This document shows positions 24,846 through 35,103 of a stretch of 64,000 bases of DNA, in pieces. Under the pieces are notes generated by a model that worked only from the letters and a program-made list of their open reading frames with translations, had not been told where the DNA came from and did no database searches. Source of the DNA: Raja brachyura. Taxonomy: Eukaryota. The first letter of the stretch is position 1; each line of letters begins with the position of its first letter. A program made the position numbers and the translations under genes. The DNA lies in NCBI GenBank assembly GCA_963514005.1, contig OY740781.1, forward strand, positions 176,514,001-176,578,000, read 5' to 3'.

Positions 24846-25829
24846 TCACTGAGGGGTGACTGTATGTTCTCGGCCTGCATCTAGCACGGCTCCTGCGAAC
24901 ATTCCAGATATGGTGACGGGTTTATTATAAAACCGCTGAAAGGTGGCTTCACTGGCCCATCCCGCTGTGGCAAGTATCTGGTCCATGGGCACCTCCATGA
25001 CCTTTGCCGCCGACGTAGATGCTGCCCTGGTGGAATGGGATTTAAAAACATCAGTGTCAATACCTGCCTTTTTTAAGACGATCCTGAGCCATCTGGAGAT
25101 CGTCTGTGCCGTCACTCTATGGTGAGGTTTTTTGTGGCTGATGAGCAGGTATTGCTCCATTCCCCTTAATTTCCTCGTCACTTTAATATAGTGGCGGATA
25201 TGGGTGGCTATGCACAGCCTAGCATCAGCGGGGTATGCTGGAAACACCAGCTGCAGCCCTGTGAATCCAGGTCTATGCTGCTTGAGCAATTCATCAATGA
25301 AGAAAGTGACCCGCTCAGGGGTAGAGATCATCTTGTCGATATTGGCCTTGTGAAGCGTCTGCATCCTTTGTGCCGAAGTGAGCGCCATCAACATCACCAA
25401 CTTCAGGGTGAGTTTGTCCAGTTCAAGCCCAGCCATGGGTGACCACGTCCTGAGTAGGGTCAGTACTTTTCCAATATCCCAGGTGATGTTGTAACGGGGC
25501 CTTGGCGGGTTGGAATTAAATATTCCCCGCATCAGCTTGGAGACCAGTTTGTTAGATCCTACCTCAATATTGAGGTAGGATGATAGGGCACTCCTAGCGC
25601 TATTGATGGCACTGTAACTGAGATGTTCATCATGGTGTAGCCCCGCAAGAAATTCCAGCACGTCTGTGATGGAGACGGAGTCATATGCAATGTCCAGGCG
25701 GCCGCAATAGGTTTCCCATTTCCTGATGTGCGATAAGTATTGCCGTCTTGAGGACTCCCTGCATGATGCTCCCATGGTATCCATTGTCCTTGATGATAGA
25801 CCATACTGTAGTAATGGTCTGTTCAAATC
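24846..25829 (-). CDS. DIRS ORF3: tyrosine recombinase
   Basis: Uninterrupted frame with catalytic R (TSAQR), K (LLKQ), HSTR, AGW and Y (FQRFY), plus an N-terminal core-binding region (YSAINSARSALS). No ATG at the start of the frame; the track uses TTG at 25835. Confidence 0.95.
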   Translation of the reverse strand, partial: DLNRPLLQYGLSSRTMDTMGASCRESSRRQYLSHIRKWETYCGRLDIAYDSVSITDVLEFLAGLHHDEHLSYSAINSARSALSSYLNIEVGSNKLVSKLMRGIFNSNPPRPRYNITWDIGKVLTLLRTWSPMAGLELDKLTLKLVMLMALTSAQRMQTLHKANIDKMISTPERVTFFIDELLKQHRPGFTGLQLVFPAYPADARLCIATHIRHYIKVTRKLRGMEQYLLISHKKPHHRVTAQTISRWLRIVLKKAGIDTDVFKSHSTRAASTSAAKVMEVPMDQILATAGWASEATFQRFYNKPVTISGMFAGAVLDAGREHTVTPQ

Positions 25830-27832
25830 CTGCAAGCCAATAGATTCAAGTGACTATAGCAGGGGTGTGGTTTCCCTGTGACAGGGTTCGTCACCAATTG
25901 TGGGCAACCCTCTAAGAGGACCCATGGTTGACTTATCATTCCAAGGACCACCGGATACCATGACTGCATAGGCCAGTCGGGTATGATAAGGATGCCCTTA
26001 GCAGCATCGAGCTGGATTTTCCGCAATACCCGACTGATGAGGCAAAATGGAGGAAATGCATAGAAAAACCATTTCCCCCAATCTAGCGAGAACGCGTCCA
26101 TCGCCATTGCCCCAGGATCTGGTTCCCATGATGCGTATGTTGGTACCTGATGGTTCAACCGTGACGCAAAAAGGTCAATATCCGGTTTACCAAATTTGGC
26201 TGTAATTTTGGTGAATATTTGGGAGTTCAACATCCACTCGATGTTGTCATTAAATTTCCGTGACCTGGTGTCCGCCACTGTGTTGAGCTTACCTGGTAAG
26301 TAGGTAGCTGAGATCCAAATATTCCGTTGAATACACCAGAGCCAAATTGTATTTGCCAATTCATCACATGAAATTGACCTGGTACCGCCCATATGATTCA
26401 GATATGCCACCGCAGTGGTGTTGTCTATTTGGAGACGGACATGAGTGTCAGTAATGTTTGAACAATAAGCTCTTAGTCCGTGGAATGCTCCCAGCATCTC
26501 CAAATAGTTTATCCCCTGTGCTGACAACAGAGTAGCTTCAAGTGAGTCCCATCTACCTCCACAACTGGTGTTGTTGTCCGTAGCTCCCCAGCCATGGGAG
26601 CTTGCGTCTGTTTGTAAGTATACCACCAGACGAGGCACAATGATGGGTTTGAATGAGTTATGGATATTGCCAATCCACCATTGCAACTCAATTTTTGCCT
26701 TGAGCGGCAGCTGCATAGGTCTATCAAAATGTCCAGCATTTGATTTTAATGCTGCTATTTTTGATCTTTGCAAATTTTGATAATGTAAAGGTCCAAATTG
26801 AGCAGCTGGAAAGACTGCTACAATTTTCCCAATTACCTTGGCAGTTTGTCTAATTGACGGTATACTGGCGCAGACCAGATTCTTACATGCTTGAAACACA
26901 TCCCCAACTTTATTAGTTGGTATGGTGGTGATCATGCGATTGGCGTCTACCGTGAACCCCAGGTAGTCCATGATCTGTGCGGGGAAGAACTTTGATTTGT
27001 CTGGATGGATAATAAATCCCATTTTTTGAAAAATTTCCACTGTGGCTGAAACTGCCAATTCTGCTGACTCCAGTGTATGTCCAATTATCAGAATGTCATC
27101 CAAATAAGCCATGACCGTATGATTTTGCCTCCTTAGTGTAGCTAGTACTGGCTTGAGTAGTTTAGTGAACAGTCTGGGGGCTGTGGTAAGCCCATTGGGT
27201 AATGCTTTGTATTGCCAAAGCTGATCCATCCAGATAAACTTCAAGAACTTTCTGTGATGTTTCCGAATGGATACTGAATAGTATGCATCTTTTAAATCAA
27301 TGCATGCCATGAAGCAGCCCTTCGAAATCAAAGATTTGGCTGTTTCGAACGTGTCCATTTTGAAATGGGTATATTTTACAAAGGTATTCAAGTGAGTTAA
27401 ATCTATAATGACCCGACATCCACCATCTTTTTTGGTTTTAGTAAATATATTAGATACGAATTCAATTGGTTCATGTGTGGTTCTTTCTATCACCCCTTTC
27501 TCTTGTAATCTCAAGATTTCAGCATAGCCTTCTGCTGATTCCTTTTTGGAAAGTGCAAATTTGCGATTTGGCATATGCTGGGGTGGAGGCAATTGGCCAT
27601 TAATAAACTCAATTTCATAACCCTGAATACTTTGTAAGATAAACTCATCTGAGGTGATGGTTTCCCATGCCTCCTTAAATCCCCGTAGTCTGCCCCCAAC
27701 CTGTGAGGTTAGACATGCAAGTGCATGGAATCCAGACCGCCTTACCTTCATGGTTATCGGTGGTCCCTGATATGTTTGGTGGGACGTGGAGGTGCTGGGT
27801 TGCGTTGTTGATGTGGAGTCCGCATTTTCCAT
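25823..27832 (-). CDS. DIRS ORF2: reverse transcriptase, RNase H and C-terminal DAM-like methyltransferase domain
   Basis: Uninterrupted 669 aa. RT motifs VGGRL, IDLKDAY, LPNGL, YLDD. RNase H motifs TDAS..GWG, INYLE, IDNTTAVAY, VADTRSR. MT-like motifs DLFASRLN...YAFPPF. Confidence 0.95.
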   Translation of the reverse strand: MENADSTSTTQPSTSTSHQTYQGPPITMKVRRSGFHALACLTSQVGGRLRGFKEAWETITSDEFILQSIQGYEIEFINGQLPPPQHMPNRKFALSKKESAEGYAEILRLQEKGVIERTTHEPIEFVSNIFTKTKKDGGCRVIIDLTHLNTFVKYTHFKMDTFETAKSLISKGCFMACIDLKDAYYSVSIRKHHRKFLKFIWMDQLWQYKALPNGLTTAPRLFTKLLKPVLATLRRQNHTVMAYLDDILIIGHTLESAELAVSATVEIFQKMGFIIHPDKSKFFPAQIMDYLGFTVDANRMITTIPTNKVGDVFQACKNLVCASIPSIRQTAKVIGKIVAVFPAAQFGPLHYQNLQRSKIAALKSNAGHFDRPMQLPLKAKIELQWWIGNIHNSFKPIIVPRLVVYLQTDASSHGWGATDNNTSCGGRWDSLEATLLSAQGINYLEMLGAFHGLRAYCSNITDTHVRLQIDNTTAVAYLNHMGGTRSISCDELANTIWLWCIQRNIWISATYLPGKLNTVADTRSRKFNDNIEWMLNSQIFTKITAKFGKPDIDLFASRLNHQVPTYASWEPDPGAMAMDAFSLDWGKWFFYAFPPFCLISRVLRKIQLDAAKGILIIPDWPMQSWYPVVLGMISQPWVLLEGCPQLVTNPVTGKPHPCYSHLNLLACRI

Positions 27833-29031
27833 GCTGGCCGCTGAGGGCCTAGTCCTAAAAAAGGCCTGGGCTGAGGAGGCTGTTGATATTGAGGAGGCGC
27901 CGGAATGTAGGTCCTTGCTGGCCTGTCGGTTTGACCTCGCGGCCTAAAATAAGGTGTTTTCTTGGCCGGAAGTCTGGTCACAGTATGTGATCTCATCAGA
28001 CCCACTGTTTTAGCATGGTCATCTAGGTCTTTGACCTGCTTCGGGAGGTCTTCTCCGAACAGCTGTCTGGGTGGTGGTGTAGGAGGTGCTCTGCATAGTC
28101 CCGCAAATTTGGGGTTCAATGAAGGTTTAATTATGCTTTTCCTGAAAGCGTTGATTTCGTACTGCGTATTACAAAGCAGTGCTAGAGCATCCTCCTGTTC
28201 GGTGTTTAAATCAACTCCGTCCACTGACCTTGCAAAAGCGGTAATCCCAGACGTAAGTAGTTTCAGGATTCTCTGCAGTTTCACTTCCTGCGCTCTGATG
28301 CCCGGGCTGATATTGCCCCAGATTGGCATGTTTACAATCGGCACGTTGAGTGAATTGCAATTTCCTGGAGCCTTGTGTCTTTCCATGGCCTTTGCAAGGA
28401 CCTCCTCCTGTAGCTGGTGGTTCGTGAGGTAATCTATGGTCGCGGCCAGTTTAGTGTTGAGGGGTTGTCCTGAAGATACGGGTAACCCGAACTTGGCTGC
28501 CACATTCAGGAGCTCTTCCTGGGGGACCTCAGGTGCTGCTGGGGCATGTACCAGGATCTCCTCCTCTTCTGGCCTCATGCTGTCCATAGATGGTGAAGGG
28601 GATATGTCCATAAGTCCCCTGGAACTGTGAGCGTCCTGTCTTTGATTTAGTAGGACTTGTTCCAATATCCTCTCCATACGGTCCAAGCGCCCTTCATCGT
28701 GCATGTATGGGCGGTTAGAGTCCTCATGCCTGAAGGAACTACTGAGGCTCCCGTCGTCGGCCCGTACCTCGTCGAGGTAATATCGGTGCCGTGACGATGT
28801 GTCGCTACCAGCCGCCTCGGCGAAGCTGAGCGATTCCCGCGCGGATCTGCTCTTCGCCTCCTTTTCGCTGAGCTGCATCCGGCTGCCTCTGAGGGCATAG
28901 GTGGGGAGAGGTCGGCACCCAACGCCGCAGCGTGGTGACCCGACATCCGCGCGGGCTTGCCGACTGTCCTTGATCTGGACCCAGACGGCGTACGGTCCCG
29001 ACCCGCCCCCAGCGGGGGAAGCGGTGACCAT
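27754..29031 (-). CDS. DIRS ORF1 (gag-like); true start uncertain, possibly ATG 29519 with a stop and a frame change upstream
   Basis: 425-aa ORF in the gag position with a low-complexity N-terminus, a core of PGNCNSLNVPIVNMPIW...RKSIIKPSLNPKFAGLC...QLFGEDL and a basic Pro-rich tail. Confidence 0.8.
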   Translation of the reverse strand: MVTASPAGGGSGPYAVWVQIKDSRQARADVGSPRCGVGCRPLPTYALRGSRMQLSEKEAKSRSARESLSFAEAAGSDTSSRHRYYLDEVRADDGSLSSSFRHEDSNRPYMHDEGRLDRMERILEQVLLNQRQDAHSSRGLMDISPSPSMDSMRPEEEEILVHAPAAPEVPQEELLNVAAKFGLPVSSGQPLNTKLAATIDYLTNHQLQEEVLAKAMERHKAPGNCNSLNVPIVNMPIWGNISPGIRAQEVKLQRILKLLTSGITAFARSVDGVDLNTEQEDALALLCNTQYEINAFRKSIIKPSLNPKFAGLCRAPPTPPPRQLFGEDLPKQVKDLDDHAKTVGLMRSHTVTRLPAKKTPYFRPRGQTDRPARTYIPAPPQYQQPPQPRPFLGLGPQRPAWKMRTPHQQRNPAPPRPTKHIRDHR

Positions 29032-30214
29032 GACGAGACTCCACCCGCGTGACTCCTCCTGGTCCCCCTGGGTGGTGAGTCCATGCTGGCCCTCCTTGGT
29101 CTGCCAGTGGATTCGGGTCTCGCCGATTCACCAGACCACATTCTGGTGGCTCCTGGTGAGACCTCAGCCCTAGAAGGGCTAGGTAGTCGAGCTCTATCCC
29201 TGGTTCCTTCGAGAGGGCTCAGGGAGAAGGGCCGTGCGGCAGCACGCGGGTCCCTTTTGCTCGTCTCCGCCAATGACCCAGTGGGTGACAGAGAAATGGA
29301 GTCAGAGTGCCCCTGCTCCGGCGCTGTACCGAGTTCTTGCTCTGCGGGACCCCCGCTAGAGCACAGCTGCGTCGGTGAACCGGGTCCTGTGATAACAGGG
29401 CTCCCCGATTTGCGCGCCTTTTTCCCGGCCCGTCCTACCGCTCATGACGGGGACTCCGGGATGGGTGGCCGGCAACTCCTTCCAGAAGTTCTGCGGCCCT
29501 TACTCCTTTTTATGTCCATGTCCCTGTGGGAGAAAACACAATTACTCACACAGGACAACCAACTCAAGGTTGTCTATACTTACCTGAGTGGCCCTTATGA
29601 AGGGCTGGTGGTGAGCCGCGCTCCTCTCCAGCCGTCGGCTGCAATGCGAGCGACGATATGTCGCGCATGCGTGCTGGCGGGTTCTTCACGAAGTCACTCA
29701 CGTGACTCCGAAATGAAATTGTATTCATAGGAATAATATCCGAAATAAACTTAAAAACATACTGAAAATAAAAGGAGGAAAACAAAAACGCTTGCAGAGA
29801 TGTTCCATGTGCAGGCTTTTGGTATAGGCAATCCAGACAGTCCCCAGCTCCATTCTCAATGTACTCAATTTCCTCTACCATCAAACCTTGTCCAATTCTA
29901 TTTAAAAAGTCACAAATTAACCTGCCTCCATACTCCGTCAGATGGTGCATTCCAAACACATTTGATGAAAATATTATTAATGCTTCTTTTGTGGTTCCAT
30001 CGCCAATCACCTTAAAACCTTATTGTTTGCATCTCAAGCCTTCCATTAATGGAAACATTTGGAATTTATTTGCTCAATCTACATGCTTTATAATTTTGAA
30101 CATCTGTCAAAAATTGCTCGCTATCTTTTCTGATATCTCCAGAAAGTGAGAGCATTTTTGATGAGATGTTCACAATTATAAAGGGAGCAGATTGAGTAAA
30201 TAAATTACAACTTA

Positions 30215-30372
30215 AAATGTTAAAATGTTGCCCTCTCACCTTAAAGCCATGCGTTCTGGTATGTGATCTCTCCATCCTGGGATAAAGGTCCTGCCTGTCT
30301 ACCCAATCTATCCCTCTCATAATATTATATACTTCTATTAGATCTCCCTGCAACCTCCAATGTTCCAGATAA
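30215..30372 (-). mobile_element. CR1 ORF2 fragment
   Basis: RLQGDLIEVYNIMRGID...TRTHGFKVRG. Confidence 0.75.
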
Positions 30373-30586
30373 AAGGGGTGAAGAGCTTGCTTTGTAATCA
30401 ACAGATGGAATTCGTCCAATGGATTCTGGAATTATACAATTTAGTTGTCAATGTATGATGAAGAAAATTGCTACACTTGAAATAAATGCCTAATTATTCA
30501 ATGCTTCACCAACTAGCACACACCAGTCACTGGCACTTCAGAGTAGTTCAGTGTCATGCTGGATCAGGTTAACCAGCACTTATATA

Positions 30587-31250
30587 CAGTGCATTCAGAA
30601 AGTATTCAGACCCCTTCACTTTTCCACATTTTGTTACGTTACAGCCTTATTTTAAAATTACCTTATTTTTAAAACAGCCTTATTTTCGGACCCTTTTCTA
30701 TGACACTCAAAATTAAGCTTAGGTTCATCGGTTTCCATTGATTATCCTTGAGATGTTTCTACAACTTGATTGGAGTCCACCAGTGGTAAATTAAATTGAT
30801 TGGACATGATTTGGAAAGGCACGCACCTGTCTATAAAAGATCCCACAGTTGACAGTGCATGGCAGAGCAAATTTGAAGCCATGAAGACGAAGGAATTGTC
30901 TGTAGACCTCCAAGACAGGATTGTGCCGAGACACAGATCTGGGGAAGGGTATAAAACAATTTCTGCAGCATTGCAGGTCCCAAAGAGCACAGTGGCCTCC
31001 GTCACTCTTAAATGGAAGAACTTTGGAACCACCAGGACTCTTCATAGAGTTGGCTGCCTGGCCAAACTGAGCAATCGGGGCCTTAATCAGGGAGGTGACC
31101 AAGAACCCGATGGTCACTCTGACAGAGCTCCAGAGGGACAACTATATCTGCAGCACTCACCAATCAGGCTTTTAGCTTTTTTATTGATGATAAAGAAAAG
31201 AATGTAATCTATTTTAGAAGCTGTAACATAACAAAATGTGGAAACATTGA
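30587..31250 (+). mobile_element. Internally deleted Tc1-like DNA transposon
   Basis: TA|CAGTGCATTCAGAAAGTATTCAGACCCC terminus. Transposase N-terminus MKTKELSVDLQDRIV..HRSGEGYKTISAALQVPKSTVAS..KWKNFGTT from 30881. Partial right TIR (gctgtaacataacaaaatgtggaaa). No DDE domain. Confidence 0.88.
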
Positions 31251-32970
31251 ATCTCTCTCTCCCTCCCCCCCCCCCCCCCCCCCCCGATCTGCTAAGTGTC
31301 TCTAGCAGGTTTTATTTTAGATTTCCAGCATTTGTAGTTTTTACTATGCTTTTCCTAAATTGACTGGAACAACGGCCTGTGTTGTGCTGACTATCATTAA
31401 TGGTTGCTGATATGTCGGTGCAGCAACCCAATCAGCCTAAAATTCCCGGCATAACACTGGAGAATCCACCTCAGAAAGATTAGATGAAGAAGTTTTGATA
31501 CCATAGACGATGTGGATTCTCAGATTGAGGCTTAGGGTAAAGGAAGTAGAGTCAATTATTTTTTACATATTCTAACTTAATGTTCATAATAATTCATCAT
31601 GCTAATATCTTTTGTAATTATTTTTTATCAAATTTTATTATTTAAAATTATTTAATGCAACCTTCAAAATAAAGAGTAAAAAAAATCTGCTACAATCCTC
31701 ACAAGCATTGACAGGCAGTGAGGCTCCACCATCAGTCTGCTCCTGTTGGCGGTTGTCAGGCCATTTCAGGAGCAGGGCCTCAGAAGTATGCCGCCTGAGC
31801 CTACTTGATGTTAGGGATTTGCATCTTCTACATTTTGCCCCCAGTCCAAGTTCAATGGGGGCATGTGGGGAACATTGGCAGCAAGCCAAATCCATCTTAA
31901 TTTGCCCCATCGCCTTTAATGTAGTAAATTGTTCCAAGGTATACGACTGCAAGGCAATAGTTAAAGGCATAATTAAGAATGAAATACAAGATGTCTTGGG
32001 CTGTTTGCTGTGAAGTGAATCAATCAATACCCAGTAATTGTAATCAATGTTCCAATACAAGCAAATGAACAAAATAGTCAGGGATATAATTTATATCATT
32101 AGCTAATTCAAATAATAAATATACACCCACTTAATAAGTAAAAATTGGTTTGCATTAGGAAACTAGAGATTATATAAATGCTAAATCAGACCTGAAACCT
32201 TTAAAATTTAGTTAATGTTCAATGATATAAGCTGCTATACTGGCACATTGACAACTAAATACAATTAACTAATTCATGTCAGTAAAAGCTGTATTTTTCC
32301 TCCCATGAGTACAACATTCAGGACATATGAAACTTTATAAAGCTGGCCTCCTACACCTTTTTTTGATGAAGCATCCATTGGAAAAAAAAGGATATAGCAA
32401 GGAGGTCATTATTACTCCATCAGAAGGTCCCTGTACTACTTACAACACATTTTCCTGATTCCAGCTTTACCAGTAATGTAATAAACTGGGCTACGTAAGA
32501 AACCTAACGTCAAATTCCAGTACAGTGTTCAAAACTGAAGAAATCATATCTCCAATAAAATGTAAATAGCAGCAGACTTAAATCGCAGAACACATTAGAA
32601 GACATTAAAATATCCATAAATGCAAGAGTCCTTCTGTACAGGACAAATGAAGCTTTCATGATTGAAGGTCATGTTGTGAGGTAACTATATCAAGGGATGG
32701 AAAGAAAAATCTGGAAAATGAACTTGAGATACAGATCAGATGATGGTATGCGATTAAAATTGTTTTTGAATTATAATACATTATGTAATTGCTCATTTAG
32801 AGGACATTGGCACTTCAAAGTGTTATTCAAAATCTAGATATCTTTAAATTATTTGCTGAACAGATGTTTTCATATTCTCTTCCCTTAATAAGGCCAACAT
32901 TCTTTGCCTCAGAGAAAACAAATAAAACAGCAGATATTGGAATCTGAATCAAAAACAGAAATGCTGGAAG

Positions 32971-33240
32971 ATGACACAGTGGTGAAGTTACTGCCTGACA
33001 GAAATCTGGGTTCGATTCTGACCAGAGGTGCTGTCTCCTTGTTTGTTCTCCCTGTGACCGCATAGGTTTTCTCCTGGTGCTCCGGTTTCCTCCCACAAAG
33101 ACGTGTAGGTTTGTAGATTATTTGGCTTCTGTAAAAATTGTCCCCAGTGTGTAGGATAGAACTAGTGTATGGATGATTACTGGTCGGCGCCGAATCAGTG
33201 AGCAGGAAGTCCGGTTTCCACGCTGTATCTCTAAACTAAA
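32971..33240 (+). mobile_element. tRNA-derived SINE (HE1/V-SINE-like)
   Basis: B box gggttcgattc, V-domain-like ggtgctccggtttcctccca, tail tgtatctctaaactaaa. Confidence 0.8.
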
Positions 33241-34967
33241 ATAAGCCAGTCAAGCATCATCCATTGGAAGAGAAATGAGTTGCTATATCAGTACAAAGGC
33301 CCTTCATCACATTGCTCATTCCATAAATGCTGCTTCACTGACTGAGCTTTTCCAGCATTTCTGTTCTCTATTCATTCAACAACCAACATAATTTGAAGAG
33401 ATTATGGAGTCATTTATATCACCGTTACATGTGGGAGTGGCTTTGTATAATTTAACAGCCGCTTATATTCTACCAATTGCTTCACATGCAAAGTACCATA
33501 TTGGTTGTAAAACATCTTGAATGTCTTGAACAAACTAAATGCAAGTTCTGAAATGTGAAACTCAGGGCTACAAGCTGACTGTATAGTGCGTATAGGTATT
33601 GCTGGGAACTGGCAGTAAACTATTTCTAACCTGATCGTACTGTTTCACTCGTTATCAACTATTGTATGTGACAGAAGGTGCTGTCTCCTCATCTCTGGCT
33701 TCACAGTTTTCCAAGCCCAGTTATTTCCTTTCCCAATGTGGGAATACCCAGCTCCAACAGTTGAGTTCCTAATTAGAATGTTAATTTCATTATTTTCTGT
33801 TTAAGTATTATTTTATAATGAATAAGGTTATCACATCTTGGTACAGTGGTTCCCCGATTTTCTATAAAGTTAATGCCTGGTTTGGACTTGCAAGGCCATT
33901 TTCTGGAACAAACCTCCTATGAAACTCAGGGTTAGATACTAGCAATACAAAGAAAATGGTGCCTATAATTTTGTTCTTTCCTTATGGTCCATCATATGTG
34001 CAAATTACTGTGGAAAAACATACAGCTAGAGCACTGTGGGAAACATATACATTTTTTTAAAGTGCTTGACTTTGCCTCCTGGATCTGTCTTCAAAAAAAA
34101 AAGAGGGCCAAAATGTCACATGATCACCTGCAAGCACTTAATGAAACAATATCACCAATATTGATAAATCAGAATAGGTTTTTCAGCTATCCCTTTCCAA
34201 TCTAGTAGTACCAGCACTCAGAAATGGGACAAAACATTCAAAGTGTTCAAACAATTTTACAGGTACAAACATAATGAATTTGATCTGAAAAGAATCTCAA
34301 CATAATTGTTCTTTTTCAAAGAAAATTTGAAATAGTTTAGTGACAGTGTGTGTTGTTATAGGGTATTTAACATCTCGTTTTCCTCACTTGGCCAAGCCTG
34401 TTTTCACTTGGGGTCCAACAACATTTAATTTTTTTTAAAGAAAAGGCAACAGAAACAATAAAAACAAATAGTGTTACTATTTTTATAAAGGGTATATAAG
34501 CTGCTTAAACATTCCCCTTACGTGTTTCAAAAAAACAGGTAAGCACTTTTATAACGTGTTGGACTGCAGCAGTCACAGATGCTGAAATGTTACAAAGATT
34601 GTTAAAAGTAACTGCCACATGTAGTGTTTTACAGCTGAAGTGACATTATATACACAAGTGCAGTTTAAAAGTTAAGACAAATGCACTAATGACTTTTTAG
34701 AACTTCTGGCAAGTCAGCTACACATTGCTTAAGTGCATACAAACTGGTGCCTGGCTGCTGTACAATGAGATTTTTTTCTGTCTCTAACATGGTTTCAATT
34801 ATCAAAGATATATAGCTGCATTTGGAAAAAAACATTTGACAGACCGACTGATTAAAAAGTTCCCTCTTTCCTACTACACTGAAGTCTGGTATATAATGGT
34901 ATAACTCTCATGCATCATGAAATCTCTGAGGACATTCAAAGTACGTCTGAAGTATCAGCCTATCTAC

Positions 34968-35103
34968 GGGGTGGGAGATTGCAACCTTCATGTGGTCCGC
35001 CCTGTTTCGACTAATGCAATCAACTTGGCGTGCACAATCAAATAAGATCAAATAGAACAAGTGTTCTACAACTTTAGGCTGTGCACGCCATACACAAGAA
35101 GAA
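34968..35103 (+). mobile_element. Ribozyme-headed short retroelement, full-length copy 2
   Basis: Perfect 9-bp TSD cctatctac (34959-67 and 35104-12). HDV-like fold at 34968-35021 (L3 UUCAUGU, J4/2 CUAA). 3' stem GGCGTGCACA/TGTGCACGCC and AAGAAGAA tail. Confidence 0.88.

Larger units (their letters stand above)
24359..29719 (-). mobile_element. Full-length DIRS1-type tyrosine-recombinase retrotransposon (5361 bp)
   Basis: gag-like, RT/RNaseH/MT and YR ORFs in that order. Perfect 36-bp inverted terminal repeats (24433-24468 and 29657-29692). Internal complementary region 24585-24697. Both ends carry AAAT (24359-62 and 29716-19). GC/CpG-rich relative to the flanks. Confidence 0.96.

Noticed and set aside
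24846-27832. Prophage, bacterial contamination or retron-like system (integrase + RT + methylase)
   Set aside because: Domain order, ITR/ICR structure and position inside a vertebrate intron are fully explained by a DIRS1 retrotransposon.
27962-28432. 156-aa plus-strand ORF
   Set aside because: Antisense shadow of gag codons.
29083-29730. 215-aa plus-strand ORF antisense to the DIRS leader
   Set aside because: TTG start, GC-rich low-complexity sequence, no recognisable domain, and it runs past the element end; most likely a shadow ORF.
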